This document shows, one piece after another, positions 1 through 10,134 of a stretch of DNA of 64,000 nucleotides. How positions within the stretch are numbered: the first letter of the stretch is position 1; each line of letters starts with the position of its first letter. The notes under the pieces are model-generated. The model was not told the origin of the DNA and ran no database searches. It was given only the letters and a program-made list of their open reading frames with translations. Source of the DNA: Chitinophagales bacterium. Lineage in GTDB: Bacteria > Bacteroidota > Bacteroidia > Chitinophagales > UBA8649. The translations under genes and the position numbers were made by a program. The stretch covers positions 34,956-98,955 of the forward strand of contig JBMYZU010000008.1 in NCBI GenBank assembly GCA_049610685.1. The letters are read 5' to 3'.

Positions 1-2
1 AT

Positions 3-215
3 CGATTCTTAAGAAATATGGAGCGAGAATATCTTCAGGAAATGGCCGAGGCGCTTCCAATGGATGCGCAAGAGAATGCTGACCGGTATCTACGGGCTGA
101 AGCGCAGAAATATTACTGGGCAGGTCAGGCACCTCCACAGAATATCTTTAATGTCTTCGCATGGGCGCAGTTCATCGAGGCATGGAAACGTGGAGATTTT
201 AAGCGTCGGCGATAA
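3..215 (+). CDS. hypothetical protein, probable C-terminal fragment (frame stays open to the window edge)
   Basis: The ORF 18..215 has no in-frame stop between position 3 and its ATG, so the gene may begin upstream of the window. I recognise no family motif. Confidence 0.3.
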   Translation, partial: RFLRNMEREYLQEMAEALPMDAQENADRYLRAEAQKYYWAGQAPPQNIFNVFAWAQFIEAWKRGDFKRRR

Positions 216-216
216 A

Positions 217-1035
217 CTACCAAGTGAGATGTACATGCACGGGCAAGTGATCTGAGGGATAGGCTCCATCTCGGCTGTCCCCGATATTTCTCATTTTAAC
301 CACGCTAAATCCATCGCTGACAAAAACATGATCAATCTCCTCACCAGGAGGGTTTTCTACTTCGAATCCACTATAGGTAAATGTTTTTCCGTAGGGAACA
401 TAGGCTGATAGGTCATTAGCTCGTTGGAGATTTGTTTCAAGTTCTTCAATCGGTTTAGAATATGGACTGCAGTTTAGATCACCCATAAGAATCACTTCTT
501 TCCATGAACGACTTTCAATCAACTCATTGATCTTCTTGGCTGATTCTAATCGAGCTTCTTCACCTTTATGGTCAAAGTGGGTATTGATTACAACAACCAT
601 TTTTTCCCGATCCAAGTCATAGAGCTTTACCCATGAAGCAATACGTGTTGTGGCAGCATCCCATCCTTTTTTCCCAATTTTTCCTGATTCGTTGAGCCAG
701 AGTGTGCCTTTACCTTCCAGGTCGAAACGACTTCTGTTCCAAAAGATCGGGCAAAACTCTCCGTCTACGTCGCCATCCTCCCGACCAAGTCCATAGGAAT
801 TATAGCTGATTAGAATTTCTTTGAGTCCATCATATTGATTGGATAACGCTTCTTGCAGGCCGATGATGTCGGCATGGTAATAATCCAATAAGTCACCTAC
901 ATGCATTTCCCTATTGGCCCATGAATGTATGCCATCATCTGGATTGTCGTATCGAATATTATAACTCATTACAGATAAGGGCACTTGCGCAATGGCAACA
1001 TGGCCTATCATTAGCAAAAAAAGTAGTCTACGCAT
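217..1035 (-). CDS. secreted endonuclease/exonuclease/phosphatase (EEP) family protein
   Basis: Signal peptide MRRLLFLLMIGHVAIAQ. EEP hallmarks are present: SYNIRYD near the N-terminus, GLQE, INTHFDH, GDLN and a C-terminal SDHLPV. Confidence 0.85.
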   Translation of the reverse strand: MRRLLFLLMIGHVAIAQVPLSVMSYNIRYDNPDDGIHSWANREMHVGDLLDYYHADIIGLQEALSNQYDGLKEILISYNSYGLGREDGDVDGEFCPIFWNRSRFDLEGKGTLWLNESGKIGKKGWDAATTRIASWVKLYDLDREKMVVVINTHFDHKGEEARLESAKKINELIESRSWKEVILMGDLNCSPYSKPIEELETNLQRANDLSAYVPYGKTFTYSGFEVENPPGEEIDHVFVSDGFSVVKMRNIGDSRDGAYPSDHLPVHVHLTW

Positions 1036-1136
1036 AGGATAAATTTACTATTGTTTACATCTCCATTTTAGTGGTGTATATCTTTCATGTGGATAAAGGG
1101 GGTGATGGTCTATTTTCGTGCCAATTATTATACAAT

Positions 1137-2942
1137 ATGGAATCTATCCGTAACATAGCCATCATCGCGCACGTCGATCACGGTAAAACAACCTTAGTCG
1201 ATAAAATGCTAGTCGAAGCGCAAACCTTTTCCGATCGCGAAGAAGTGGGAGAGCTTTTAATGGATAACCATGACCTTGAACGAGAACGTGGTATAACCAT
1301 CCTAGCAAAAAACGCTTCCATTCGCTACAAGGATGTAAAAATCAATATTATCGATACACCGGGTCACGCTGATTTCGGTGGGGAGGTTGAGCGTGTACTC
1401 AAGATGGCCGATGGTGTGTTGGTATTAGTCGATGCTTTCGAAGGCCCCATGCCACAAACCCGTTTTGTGCTTTCAAAAGCTTTAGCGCTTGGATTACGCC
1501 CTATTGTTGTGATCAATAAGGTGGATAAAGAGAATTGCACTCCTGAAGAAGTACAGGATAAGGTCTTTGACTTAATGTTCACCCTAGATGCGACCGAAGA
1601 GCAACTTGACTTCCAAACAGTCTACGGTTCTGCTAAGCAAGGGTGGATGGGGCCTGATTGGAAAAACCCTACCGAGGATATAACCTATCTCTTGGATTTA
1701 ATTATCGACTTTGTTCCAGAGCCCGAAACGGCAGAAGGCAGCCTTCAAATGCAAATTACAAGCTTGGATTACTCGTCCTTTGTAGGTCGAATTGCTATTG
1801 GTCGAATCTACCGCAACAGTTTGAAGGTTGGACAGCCGATAAGCTTGGTAAAGCGGGATGGAAAAATTGTGAAATCTAGGATTAAAGAACTGATGATCTA
1901 TGAAGGCATGGCCAAGAAAAAAGTGGAGCATGTTCAAGCAGGGGATGTCTGTGCTGTGGTTGGCTTAGATGGCTTTGAAATCGGCGATACAATTACCGAT
2001 CAAGAGAACCCTGAGGCTTTGCCTCCGATTCACATCGATAGTCCTACTATGTCCATGTTGTTCTCGATAAACAACTCTCCGTTTTTTGGAAAGGAAGGGA
2101 AGTTTGTAACCTCTCGACATATCAGAGAGCGACTGGATAAAGAGTTAGAGAAGAATTTAGCGCTTCGTGTAGAGGATACGCAGTCAGCGGATACCTTCAT
2201 GGTGTATGGTCGCGGGGTAATGCATCTAGCGGTTTTAGTTGAAGAAATGCGTCGTGAAGGCTATGAACTACAAGTAGGTCAGCCCCAGGTACTTTACAAA
2301 GAAATTGATGGCCAACGTTGCGAACCCATTGAGGAGTTAACGATTGACTTACCCGAGTCAATGTCTGGAACGGCCATCGATAAGGTGACCATGCGCAAAG
2401 GGGAAATGCAGAGTATGCAGGTCAAAGGGGATCGTGTATTTCTTGAATTTACTATCCCTTCACGGGGTATAATAGGTCTCCGAAATGAAATGCTTACGGC
2501 AACGGCTGGTGAAGCAATTATGGCGCATCGATTTGTAGAGTATCAGCCCTATAAAGGAGCGATACCAGGCAGAATCAACGGATCGCTAATCGCTATGCAT
2601 GCAGGAACATCCATTCCTTTTGCATTGGATAAGCTTCAAGAACGAGGTAAATTCTTCATTGCTCCGGGTACGGAGATATATACTGGAATGGTGATTGGAG
2701 AACACTCTCGCGGGAATGATCTTGTAGTCAACGTGACAAAGACCAAAAAACTCACAAATATGAGGTCTTCAGGCGCGGATGATAAGGTCAAGCTTGCACC
2801 ACCTATTGTGTTTACCCTAGAAGAGGCTATGGAATACATCCAATCAGACGAATATGTTGAGGTCACTCCTCAATCTATTCGGTTGCGTAAGATTTTCCTC
2901 GATGAAAATGATCGTAAGCGAGCGGCTCAAAAAGCAGGCTAA
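1137..2942 (+). CDS. typA: translational GTPase TypA/BipA
   Basis: G motifs AHVDHGKTT, DTPGHADF and NKVD, with full-length TypA-like domain order. I moved the start to the ATG at 1137 (MESIRNIAIIAHVDHGKTT). The 22 upstream codons in the ORF track are not TypA-like. Confidence 0.97.
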   Translation: MESIRNIAIIAHVDHGKTTLVDKMLVEAQTFSDREEVGELLMDNHDLERERGITILAKNASIRYKDVKINIIDTPGHADFGGEVERVLKMADGVLVLVDAFEGPMPQTRFVLSKALALGLRPIVVINKVDKENCTPEEVQDKVFDLMFTLDATEEQLDFQTVYGSAKQGWMGPDWKNPTEDITYLLDLIIDFVPEPETAEGSLQMQITSLDYSSFVGRIAIGRIYRNSLKVGQPISLVKRDGKIVKSRIKELMIYEGMAKKKVEHVQAGDVCAVVGLDGFEIGDTITDQENPEALPPIHIDSPTMSMLFSINNSPFFGKEGKFVTSRHIRERLDKELEKNLALRVEDTQSADTFMVYGRGVMHLAVLVEEMRREGYELQVGQPQVLYKEIDGQRCEPIEELTIDLPESMSGTAIDKVTMRKGEMQSMQVKGDRVFLEFTIPSRGIIGLRNEMLTATAGEAIMAHRFVEYQPYKGAIPGRINGSLIAMHAGTSIPFALDKLQERGKFFIAPGTEIYTGMVIGEHSRGNDLVVNVTKTKKLTNMRSSGADDKVKLAPPIVFTLEEAMEYIQSDEYVEVTPQSIRLRKIFLDENDRKRAAQKAG

Positions 2943-2958
2943 TTTGGCTTATTGGTTA

Positions 2959-3411
2959 TCACCGCTTAATGGTCTTTTCGTAGGTGGTAACCCACTCTTT
3001 GGGACTAACCTTTCTGCAGAGTTCAGCAAATAACTCATAGGGGATGTCGTCCATTCGTTTCAATCGGATGCAGCTTTTTCCCATATCCAACTTGTACTTG
3101 GAATGCTTTGGGTATTCGTTTGTGAGCCACTGCATTAGCTCAGGTATAGCATAGATTCCCATATGATAGAATCCGATATGCTTCTTTTGATTGCCTATGC
3201 TTATAAAGGGGAGGGGTAAGTCAGGTGTACAGTGATAACCTTCAGGGTAGATTGACTTCGGAACTACATAACTCAGCATACTGTAATTGATGCACTCCTC
3301 AAAGCCATTTGGTAGGTTGTCCATGCAAAGTTGGCGGAGATTATCAATCGCTTCTTTACGATTTTCCGGAATATCATTGAGCCACTGGTCAATGGTAATG
3401 GATTTTGTCAT
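2959..3411 (-). CDS. DUF1801 (YdhG-like) domain protein
   Basis: 150 aa. The N-terminal region (ENRKEAIDNLRQL ... MLSYV) and overall size match DUF1801 proteins as I remember them. This is a family-level call only. Confidence 0.7.
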   Translation of the reverse strand: MTKSITIDQWLNDIPENRKEAIDNLRQLCMDNLPNGFEECINYSMLSYVVPKSIYPEGYHCTPDLPLPFISIGNQKKHIGFYHMGIYAIPELMQWLTNEYPKHSKYKLDMGKSCIRLKRMDDIPYELFAELCRKVSPKEWVTTYEKTIKR

Positions 3412-3529
3412 ATCTAAAGCCTAATTTAGAAAAGATAACATTTGATTATCCGTAGTTTTTATTCAATTGTAAAACTCAATTTTAACTTGAAAATATTTGT
3501 TTCTTCTTTATATTAATGCATTATCAGAA

Positions 3530-4078
3530 ATGAGTATGATGCATTCAAAATTGAATAAAGGATTGAGCTTTTTAGGGCTTTCTCTTGTTCTATGGACTGC
3601 TTGTAATTCCGCTGAGGCCGATAGGTATTTAGCGTTGTTAGAAGAGAAGGAACAAGATTTAAAGGAGCGAGAAGACGCTTTAGAGGCACGTGAGAAAGAG
3701 GTTCAGGAAAATCAAGATACTTATCCTTATTCCGAAGGTGGTAAAAACATTGATGCTTCGAATGTTTATGAAGGAGAATTTGATAATGATGAGATAACTA
3801 TGGAGTTGACTTGGAATATTGATAAATCGGTATATGGTCGATGTTTTTTCGATTATTCACCGAACAGGATTTTCCAAGTATCGGGTACAAACTATAAAGA
3901 TGGGCGGTTGCAAATCACAATGGTTGATGATCAAGGTGTTTCCTTTTATGGAGAATTGTCTAAATCAAGCAGAAATTGTGCGATAACCTGGAAAGGCTAT
4001 GTGTACAGCGGTCAAGAAGGTTCTGGTATGTACAGTTATGGCCGCCGATATTTAAAGTTCACGCGTCATAAGAAATAA
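3530..4078 (+). CDS. hypothetical lipoprotein with a coiled-coil segment
   Basis: Start set at the ATG at 3530, which gives MSMMHSKLNKGLSFLGLSLVLWTAC (lipobox-like, Cys after the hydrophobic core). This is followed by a charged heptad-like stretch, LEEKEQDLKEREDALEAREKEVQE. No known family recognised. Confidence 0.6.
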   Translation: MSMMHSKLNKGLSFLGLSLVLWTACNSAEADRYLALLEEKEQDLKEREDALEAREKEVQENQDTYPYSEGGKNIDASNVYEGEFDNDEITMELTWNIDKSVYGRCFFDYSPNRIFQVSGTNYKDGRLQITMVDDQGVSFYGELSKSSRNCAITWKGYVYSGQEGSGMYSYGRRYLKFTRHKK

Positions 4079-4102
4079 AAAAGCCCCTCGAAAGGGGCTT
4101 TG
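4079..4102. terminator. bidirectional rho-independent terminator between the lipoprotein gene and dnaK
   Basis: Stem AAAGCCCCT / AGGGGCTTT with loop CGAA. On the minus strand it is followed by TTTTTTATTT, making a strong terminator for dnaK. On the plus strand it is followed by TTTG. Confidence 0.8.
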
Positions 4103-4121
4103 CAAATTGAGTAAAAGAGAG

Positions 4122-6041
4122 TTATTCGTCCTCTTGAACTTCTTCGAATTCTACATCAGTGAAGTCATCACCACCATCTGAAGGCTGTGAGCCCGCATCA
4201 GCACCTGGCGCTCCCTCTGGTCCAGCACCCTCAGCTTGCTGAGCTGCTGCAATGTCCTGGTACATAGAAGAAACAAGCGTTTGTAATGCTTGCATTTCGC
4301 GGTCAATACCCTCAAGATCTTCATTTTTATGGACCTCTTTGAGCTTGGCTACACCTTCTTCAATGGCTTGCTTCTTATCTGCAGGGAGCTTGTCTCCAAG
4401 ATCGGTAAGCGTTTTTTCCGTTTGGAAGATGAGTGAGTCCGCTTGATTGACTTTATCGATTTTCTCGCGAGCTACTTTATCCGATTCTTCGTTGGCTTTA
4501 GCTTCTGCCTTCATTCGCTCGATTTCATCTTGCGAAAGTCCGGTGCTTGCCTCGATACGAATGCTTTGCTCAACGCCTGTGTTCTTATCCTTAGCGCTTA
4601 CATTAAGAATACCATTTGAATCAATGTCAAAGGTCACCTCGATTTGAGGAACCCCTCTAGGTGCAGGCGGAATACCATTGAGATGAAAGCGACCAATTGA
4701 CTTATTGTCTTGTGCCATCGAACGTTCTCCTTGAAGCACATGAACTTCAACACCCGGTTGATTGTCAGCGGCTGTCGTGAAGACTTGTGACTTTTTCGTT
4801 GGAATCGTTGTATTCGATTCAATCAACTTACTGAAGACGCCACCAAGCGTTTCAAGTCCTAGTGAAAGCGGCGTAACGTCTACAAGGACAATGTCCTCAT
4901 CAACATCACCAGAAAGAATACCCCCTTGGATGCTAGCCCCTAGAGCAACAACCTCATCGGGGTTTACTCCCTTCGATGGTTTTTTACCAAAGAATTCCTC
5001 AACAGTCTCCTGAATCTTGGGGATACGAGTCGAACCTCCAACAAGGATCACTTCGTCGATGTCAGATTTAGAATATCCCGCATCTTTCATGGCTTGGCGA
5101 CAAGGCTCGAGCGTACGCTTGATTAAGTCTGCGCTAAGTTGTTCGAATTTAGCTCTAGATAACTTCTTGACCATATGTTTTGGTACCCCGTCAATTGCGG
5201 TGATATATGGAAGATTGATTTCTGTCTCTCCAGAACTAGACAACTCAATTTTAGCCTTTTCTGCTGCTTCTTTTAGACGCTGAAGTGCCATAGGGTCTTT
5301 TCGCAAGTCCATGTTCTCCTCAGAATGAAAAGAATCAGCAAGCCATTCTACGATGACATCGTCAAAATTGTCTCCTCCTAATTCGACGTCTCCATTGGTT
5401 GACTTCACTTCGAATACACCATCTCCAAGTTCAAGGATGGATACATCAAAAGTTCCCCCTCCTAAGTCATAGACCACAATGTTCATATCCTTGTTGCGCT
5501 TGTCTAGACCATAGGCTAGGGCAGCTGCAGTAGGTTCATTAATAATTCGGCGTACTGTAAGACCTGCAATCTCACCCGCTTCTTTTGTAGCTTGACGTTC
5601 TGAGTCGTTGAAGTATGCTGGTACAGTAATTACTGCTTCAGTGACTTCAGTTCCCAAGTGATCTTCTGCGGTTTTCTTCATTTTTTGAAGAATCATGGCA
5701 GAAATTTCCTGTGGCGTGTAATCTCTATCGTCAATCGTAACACGCACGGTGTCTCCTGTTCCTTGCTTGATTTTATACGCTACAGCTGTAGCTTCTTTAG
5801 ATAGTTCGCTGTGGCGTTTACCCATAAACCGCTTGACACTCGAAACCGTACGTAACGGGTTGGTCACTGCCTGGCGTTTTGCAGGATCTCCAATTTTACG
5901 CTCACCATTGTCTGTGAAGGCGACAACTGATGGCGTTGTTCGATTCCCTTCCTCATTTTGAATAACTACTGGATCGTTCCCTTCCATTACGGCTACGCAA
6001 GAGTTGGTAGTACCCAAGTCGATTCCAATTATTTTCCCCAT
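4122..6041 (-). CDS. dnaK: molecular chaperone DnaK (Hsp70)
   Basis: Contains [16 protein letters not shown] and [11 protein letters not shown], with an acidic C-terminus. Start trimmed to the ATG at 6041 ([14 protein letters not shown]). The 34 upstream codons in the track are spurious. Confidence 0.98.
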   Translation of the reverse strand: MGKIIGIDLGTTNSCVAVMEGNDPVVIQNEEGNRTTPSVVAFTDNGERKIGDPAKRQAVTNPLRTVSSVKRFMGKRHSELSKEATAVAYKIKQGTGDTVRVTIDDRDYTPQEISAMILQKMKKTAEDHLGTEVTEAVITVPAYFNDSERQATKEAGEIAGLTVRRIINEPTAAALAYGLDKRNKDMNIVVYDLGGGTFDVSILELGDGVFEVKSTNGDVELGGDNFDDVIVEWLADSFHSEENMDLRKDPMALQRLKEAAEKAKIELSSSGETEINLPYITAIDGVPKHMVKKLSRAKFEQLSADLIKRTLEPCRQAMKDAGYSKSDIDEVILVGGSTRIPKIQETVEEFFGKKPSKGVNPDEVVALGASIQGGILSGDVDEDIVLVDVTPLSLGLETLGGVFSKLIESNTTIPTKKSQVFTTAADNQPGVEVHVLQGERSMAQDNKSIGRFHLNGIPPAPRGVPQIEVTFDIDSNGILNVSAKDKNTGVEQSIRIEASTGLSQDEIERMKAEAKANEESDKVAREKIDKVNQADSLIFQTEKTLTDLGDKLPADKKQAIEEGVAKLKEVHKNEDLEGIDREMQALQTLVSSMYQDIAAAQQAEGAGPEGAPGADAGSQPSDGGDDFTDVEFEEVQEDE

Positions 6042-6120
6042 TTGAATGAATTTGGCCCTCTTTAGGCAAAAATCCGTCCAATCGACTAAGTTGACCAGAT
6101 TTGGGTAAAATTGGCACAAA

Positions 6121-6158
6121 TGACAGATTGAACATCCTGTCAATGTGTCAATATGACA
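6121..6158. promoter_or_regulatory. cluster of four TGTCA/TGACA half-sites in the divergent dnaK-panB intergenic region
   Basis: TGACAG at 6121-6126 and CTGTCA at 6137-6142 form an inverted pair with a 10-nt spacer. TGTCAAT is tandemly repeated at 6138 and 6146. TGTCAATATGACA at 6146-6158 is a 13-nt palindrome. On the dnaK strand these read as two tandem TTGACA hexamers. Confidence 0.3.
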
Positions 6159-6185
6159 TATTACTTCTAAGCGTATCTTTGAACT

Positions 6186-7001
6186 ATGTCAGTACATAAA
6201 AATGCGAAGCGTATTACTACGCATACATTACAAACAATGAAGGAGCATGGCGAAAAGATCGCTATGTTAACCGCCTATGATTATAGTTTGGCAAAAATTG
6301 TAGACTCGTCCGGTGTGGATGTCATTCTTGTGGGTGATTCTGCCTCTAATGTTATGGCGGGACATGAAACAACGCTGCCTATTACACTAGACCAAATGAT
6401 TTACCATGCAGCCTCGGTTGTCCGTGCTGCGGAAAAGGCCTTGGTTGTCGTTGATCTTCCTTTTGGTTCCTATCAGGGTAATTCTAAAAATGCGCTGGAT
6501 TCGGCGATAAGAATAATGAAAGAATCCGGAGGACATGCTGTTAAGCTTGAGGGTGGAGCAGAAATCAAGGAGTCCATTGAACGCATTCTCACAGCAGGTA
6601 TTCCGGTTATGGGACACCTTGGTCTTACGCCTCAGTCGATTTACAAGTTCGGGACCTATCAGGTACGCGCAAAAGAAGAGGCGGAGGCGCAGAAACTCAT
6701 AGAGGATGCCAAGCTACTTGCCAGCATAGGGTGTTTTGCCTTAGTTCTTGAAAAAGTACCTGCGGCTTTGGCCAAACGAGTAGCTGAGGAGATTCCTATC
6801 CCTGTGATTGGTATTGGTGCAGGTCCTGATGTTGATGGACAGGTGCTTGTGTTGCATGATATGGTGGGAATTAGCCATGAGTTTAAGCCAAGGTTTTTAC
6901 GCCAATACATGCAATTGTTCGATGCCATGCAAGAGGCCATTGGTCAATACGTGCAAGACGTCCGTTCAAAAGACTTCCCTAACTCAAAGGAGCAATATTA
7001 A
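6186..7001 (+). CDS. panB: 3-methyl-2-oxobutanoate hydroxymethyltransferase
   Basis: Full-length PanB-like sequence, 271 aa: MLTAYDY, ILVGDS and VKLEGG motifs. Confidence 0.95.
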   Translation: MSVHKNAKRITTHTLQTMKEHGEKIAMLTAYDYSLAKIVDSSGVDVILVGDSASNVMAGHETTLPITLDQMIYHAASVVRAAEKALVVVDLPFGSYQGNSKNALDSAIRIMKESGGHAVKLEGGAEIKESIERILTAGIPVMGHLGLTPQSIYKFGTYQVRAKEEAEAQKLIEDAKLLASIGCFALVLEKVPAALAKRVAEEIPIPVIGIGAGPDVDGQVLVLHDMVGISHEFKPRFLRQYMQLFDAMQEAIGQYVQDVRSKDFPNSKEQY

Positions 7002-7096
7002 TCGCCTTGAAAGGCACTTACATACAAACAACTTCAAATGCAGAAGGTCGCTGGATGAAGACCATCTGATAACGTTTAACTAGAAAACAAAGAATA

Positions 7097-7990
7097 ATGA
7101 ATATTAAGGAGATAAGCGTAATCGGAGCAGGTACTATGGGTAATGGAATCGCTCATGTTTTTGCTCAATCGGGGTATAGTGTTACCCTAATCGATCGAGA
7201 GCAAGGTCCTTTAGACAAAGCGCTTGCTCGCATTGCTAAAAATATGGATCGTCAAATCAACAAAGGAAAGTTGAGTGAAGGGGATAAGGAGAATGCCTTG
7301 CAGCGCATTACTGCGTCTACGGACATTACACGAGGTGTTGCAATGGCCGATGTTGTTATTGAGGTAGTCAGTGAAAATATGGCGGTCAAAGAAGCTGTGC
7401 TCAGTGCAGTAGATGCAGCGGCCAAAGCAGATGCAATTATTGCATCCAATACATCCTCAATCTCTATTACAAAGTTGGCAAGCTTTACCAATCGTCCAGA
7501 GCGATTTATTGGAATGCATTTTATGAATCCAGTACCGGTGATGAAGTTGATCGAAGTGATTCGAGGTTATGCTACTTCTCAGGAGACGATGGACACCATT
7601 CTTGCTTTGAGTAAATCCATAGGGAAAGTGCCCGTGGAGGCAAACGATTATCCTGGTTTTGTCGCCAACAGAATCCTTATTCCTATGATAAATGAGGCGA
7701 TCTACACGTTACATGAAGGTGTAGCGGGTGTTGAGGAAATCGATACAGTTATGATGTTGGGTATGGCCCATCCTATGGGTCCTTTACATCTAGCTGACTT
7801 TATTGGACTAGATGTCGTTTTAAGTATTGCCAACGTTTTGTACGATGGCTTTGGTCAAGGGAAATATGCACCATGTCCTCTCTTAGTGAATATGGTTAAT
7901 GCTGGAAAGCTTGGGGCGAAGACAGGCGAAGGATTTTACGTCTACACACCAGGATCTAAGGATAAAACGGTTTCTCCTCAGTTCAACTAA
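7097..7990 (+). CDS. hbd: 3-hydroxybutyryl-CoA / 3-hydroxyacyl-CoA dehydrogenase
   Basis: N-terminal Rossmann motif VIGAGTMGNGIA, then HFMNPVP, GFVANR and a C-terminal dimerisation domain ending in GEGFY. Confidence 0.9.
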   Translation: MNIKEISVIGAGTMGNGIAHVFAQSGYSVTLIDREQGPLDKALARIAKNMDRQINKGKLSEGDKENALQRITASTDITRGVAMADVVIEVVSENMAVKEAVLSAVDAAAKADAIIASNTSSISITKLASFTNRPERFIGMHFMNPVPVMKLIEVIRGYATSQETMDTILALSKSIGKVPVEANDYPGFVANRILIPMINEAIYTLHEGVAGVEEIDTVMMLGMAHPMGPLHLADFIGLDVVLSIANVLYDGFGQGKYAPCPLLVNMVNAGKLGAKTGEGFYVYTPGSKDKTVSPQFN

Positions 7991-8002
7991 CCAATAAGAA
8001 TC

Positions 8003-9784
8003 TTACATTCTCTCAGGCATGGAAATGCCTAGAATACTCATAGCATCAGCCAACACTTCCCCGGTAACTCGGCTGAGCGCGACTCTAAACGCTACGAGGT
8101 TTTCATCTTCCTCGTTGAGAATTTTGACTTCACTCCATAGCTTGCTGTAGGCACGAGCTACTTGATAGGCGTATTCTGCAACAATGGATACGTCATCAGA
8201 ATCCGCCGCGCGCTGCAAGGTTGCACAGTAGTCATGAAGTAGGATGATGATGTCTCGCTCTGTTTCATGAAGCGCATGCTGGCTTTGCTCAAAATTCTTG
8301 CCCTCATATCGACGAAGTACGGAACGCGTTCGAACATAAGTGTATTGAATAAATGGCCCTGTATGCCCTTGGAAGTCAATTGAATCTTCAGGGTTGAAGA
8401 TGACTCGCTTCTTAGGGTTTACTTTGAGGATAAAGTATTTGAGTGCTGAGAGCGCGAGGGTATGGTACAGTGTTTCCGCTTCAGTCGGTGACAAGTCATC
8501 CACCTTGCCCAGTTCCTCTGTGCGTTGACGGGCGGTCTTGACCATTTCATCCAGTAGGTCGTCTGCATCGACCACCGTACCTTCTCTTGATTTCATGCGG
8601 CCTGAAGGAAGATCCACCATGCCATACGAAAGATGAAAAATAGACTTCCCGTAGGGTTTGCCTAGCTTTTCGAGGACTAGTTTAAGGACCTTGAAGTGAT
8701 AGTCTTGTTCGTTCGCCACCACATACACCGAGCGGTCCATAGCAAAGTCTTGGTATCGTGCCTCAGCGATACCCATATCCTGGGTAATGTATACAGACGT
8801 TCCGTCGCCGCGTAACAGAAGTTTCTCATCAAGCCCTTCTTGCGTTAAATCAACCCAGATTGACCCATCCTCTCGTTGCGTGTAGATTCCTTGCTGAAGG
8901 CCCTCTTCTACTAGGCGTTTACCATCTTGGTAATAGTCACTTTCCTTGTAATGTTTCTCAAAGTCAACGCCCAGTCTTGAGAACGTTTGTTCAAAGCCTT
9001 CGTAGACCCAAGAATTCATCGTATTCCAGAGGTCGATGACTTTCTGATCGCCCTTTTCCCATTGCCGTAGCATGGCTCGAGCTTCAAGGAGTAGGGGAGC
9101 ATTGTTTTCTGCTTCTTCCTTGGTTTTTCCCTCAGCAATCAATTCTTCTACTTCTTTTTTAAAGGCTTGATCAAAGGCGACATAATATTCTCCAACGAAA
9201 TGATCACCTTTAGTTTGGGTGCTTTGAGGGGTCTTCCCTTCGCCAAAGTGTTTCCAGGCAACCATTGATTTGCATATGGCAATCCCACGGTCATTGTAGA
9301 TATTTACTTTATGTACCTGATGTCCCACCCGACTAAGTAGGTTGGCACTCGCATAGCCTATGAGCATATTTCGAATATGGCCTAGGTGCAGCGGTTTATT
9401 GGTGTTCGGACCGCAATATTCAAGCACCACTTTTTTGCGGGTTGAGGGTAATGAAAAGGACTCTTTATCATGGTGCAATGTGGTAAATACATCGAGCCAA
9501 ACCTGGTCTTCTATCTCAAGGTTTAAAAACCCTTTTACCGTATTGTATTCTTTTACTAAGGGACAGTTCTTTTGTAATACCTCTCCAATAGCCTTGCCCG
9601 TTTCTTCTGGTGAAAGCTTACTGTATCGCGTAAAGGGAAAAGTAACTAAGGTATATTGCCCATCAAAGTCTTTCCGAGTGTGTTGAAGGACGATATCATT
9701 CGTACTCACCTCATGGCCAAAAGCCTCTTCAATGGCTTGAACACAAGCTAGATTGAGTTTATGCGATACATCGTAGGATTTCAT
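8003..9784 (-). CDS. argS: arginine--tRNA ligase
   Basis: Class I HIGH-type motif PLHLGHIRN, KMSKS-like GRMKSREG, and a C-terminal anticodon-binding (DALR-type) domain that ends in M as is typical of ArgS. Confidence 0.97.
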   Translation of the reverse strand: MKSYDVSHKLNLACVQAIEEAFGHEVSTNDIVLQHTRKDFDGQYTLVTFPFTRYSKLSPEETGKAIGEVLQKNCPLVKEYNTVKGFLNLEIEDQVWLDVFTTLHHDKESFSLPSTRKKVVLEYCGPNTNKPLHLGHIRNMLIGYASANLLSRVGHQVHKVNIYNDRGIAICKSMVAWKHFGEGKTPQSTQTKGDHFVGEYYVAFDQAFKKEVEELIAEGKTKEEAENNAPLLLEARAMLRQWEKGDQKVIDLWNTMNSWVYEGFEQTFSRLGVDFEKHYKESDYYQDGKRLVEEGLQQGIYTQREDGSIWVDLTQEGLDEKLLLRGDGTSVYITQDMGIAEARYQDFAMDRSVYVVANEQDYHFKVLKLVLEKLGKPYGKSIFHLSYGMVDLPSGRMKSREGTVVDADDLLDEMVKTARQRTEELGKVDDLSPTEAETLYHTLALSALKYFILKVNPKKRVIFNPEDSIDFQGHTGPFIQYTYVRTRSVLRRYEGKNFEQSQHALHETERDIIILLHDYCATLQRAADSDDVSIVAEYAYQVARAYSKLWSEVKILNEEDENLVAFRVALSRVTGEVLADAMSILGISMPERM

Positions 9785-9833
9785 GGGCTATTTACTCATC
9801 AATACGTATGCAAGTATACAACGTCAGGCGCTT

Positions 9834-9980
9834 TCATGCATTGGATTTTTTGGAATTACGTCGACAGCGTTCACTGCAGTATTTGACATTATCCCAATTC
9901 TTCTCCCATTTTTTACGCCAGGTAAAGGGACGATTACATACAGGACAGGTTTTTTCGGGGAGAAAGGGCTTTTTGTGCAT
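9834..9980 (-). CDS. DUF2256 family small zinc-ribbon protein (48 aa, below the ORF-track cut-off)
   Basis: My hand translation of the minus strand gives [48 protein letters not shown], with ATG at 9980 and TGA at 9836-9834. The pattern [12 protein letters not shown]....V.YCSERCRR matches DUF2256 as I remember it. Confidence 0.7.
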   Translation of the reverse strand: MHKKPFLPEKTCPVCNRPFTWRKKWEKNWDNVKYCSERCRRNSKKSNA

Positions 9981-10134
9981 TATGTATAGAACGAGTGGGA
10001 GTGTGGGATTGTTTGGGATGGCTTGTTGGTTACATAATTATCCATAGATTGAATTTCATCTACAGGTTTATATCTATCCAAATGGAGGCTTCGATTATTG
10101 CTTGATAAGGCATTATTTTAGTACAAATCATTGG

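Noticed and set aside
1071-1136. Long N-terminal extensions in the ORF track for typA. The same occurs for dnaK (6042..6143), trxA (44403..44468), fabH (45377..45451), the carbonic anhydrase (38807..38920), rlmD, gpx and others.
   Set aside because: The extensions are not conserved-looking, they often overlap the neighbouring gene, and internal ATGs reproduce canonical family N-termini or signal peptides.
6042-6185. I looked for a CIRCE (HrcA) operator upstream of dnaK.
   Set aside because: Nothing resembling TTAGCACTC-N9-GAGTGCTAA is present. Only the TGTCA/TGACA cluster, reported separately, was found.
9783-10047. Two plus-strand ORFs (68 aa and 79 aa) between argS and the lipoprotein gene.
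   Set aside because: Their translations are not protein-like. The minus strand encodes a convincing DUF2256 zinc-ribbon protein across the same nucleotides.
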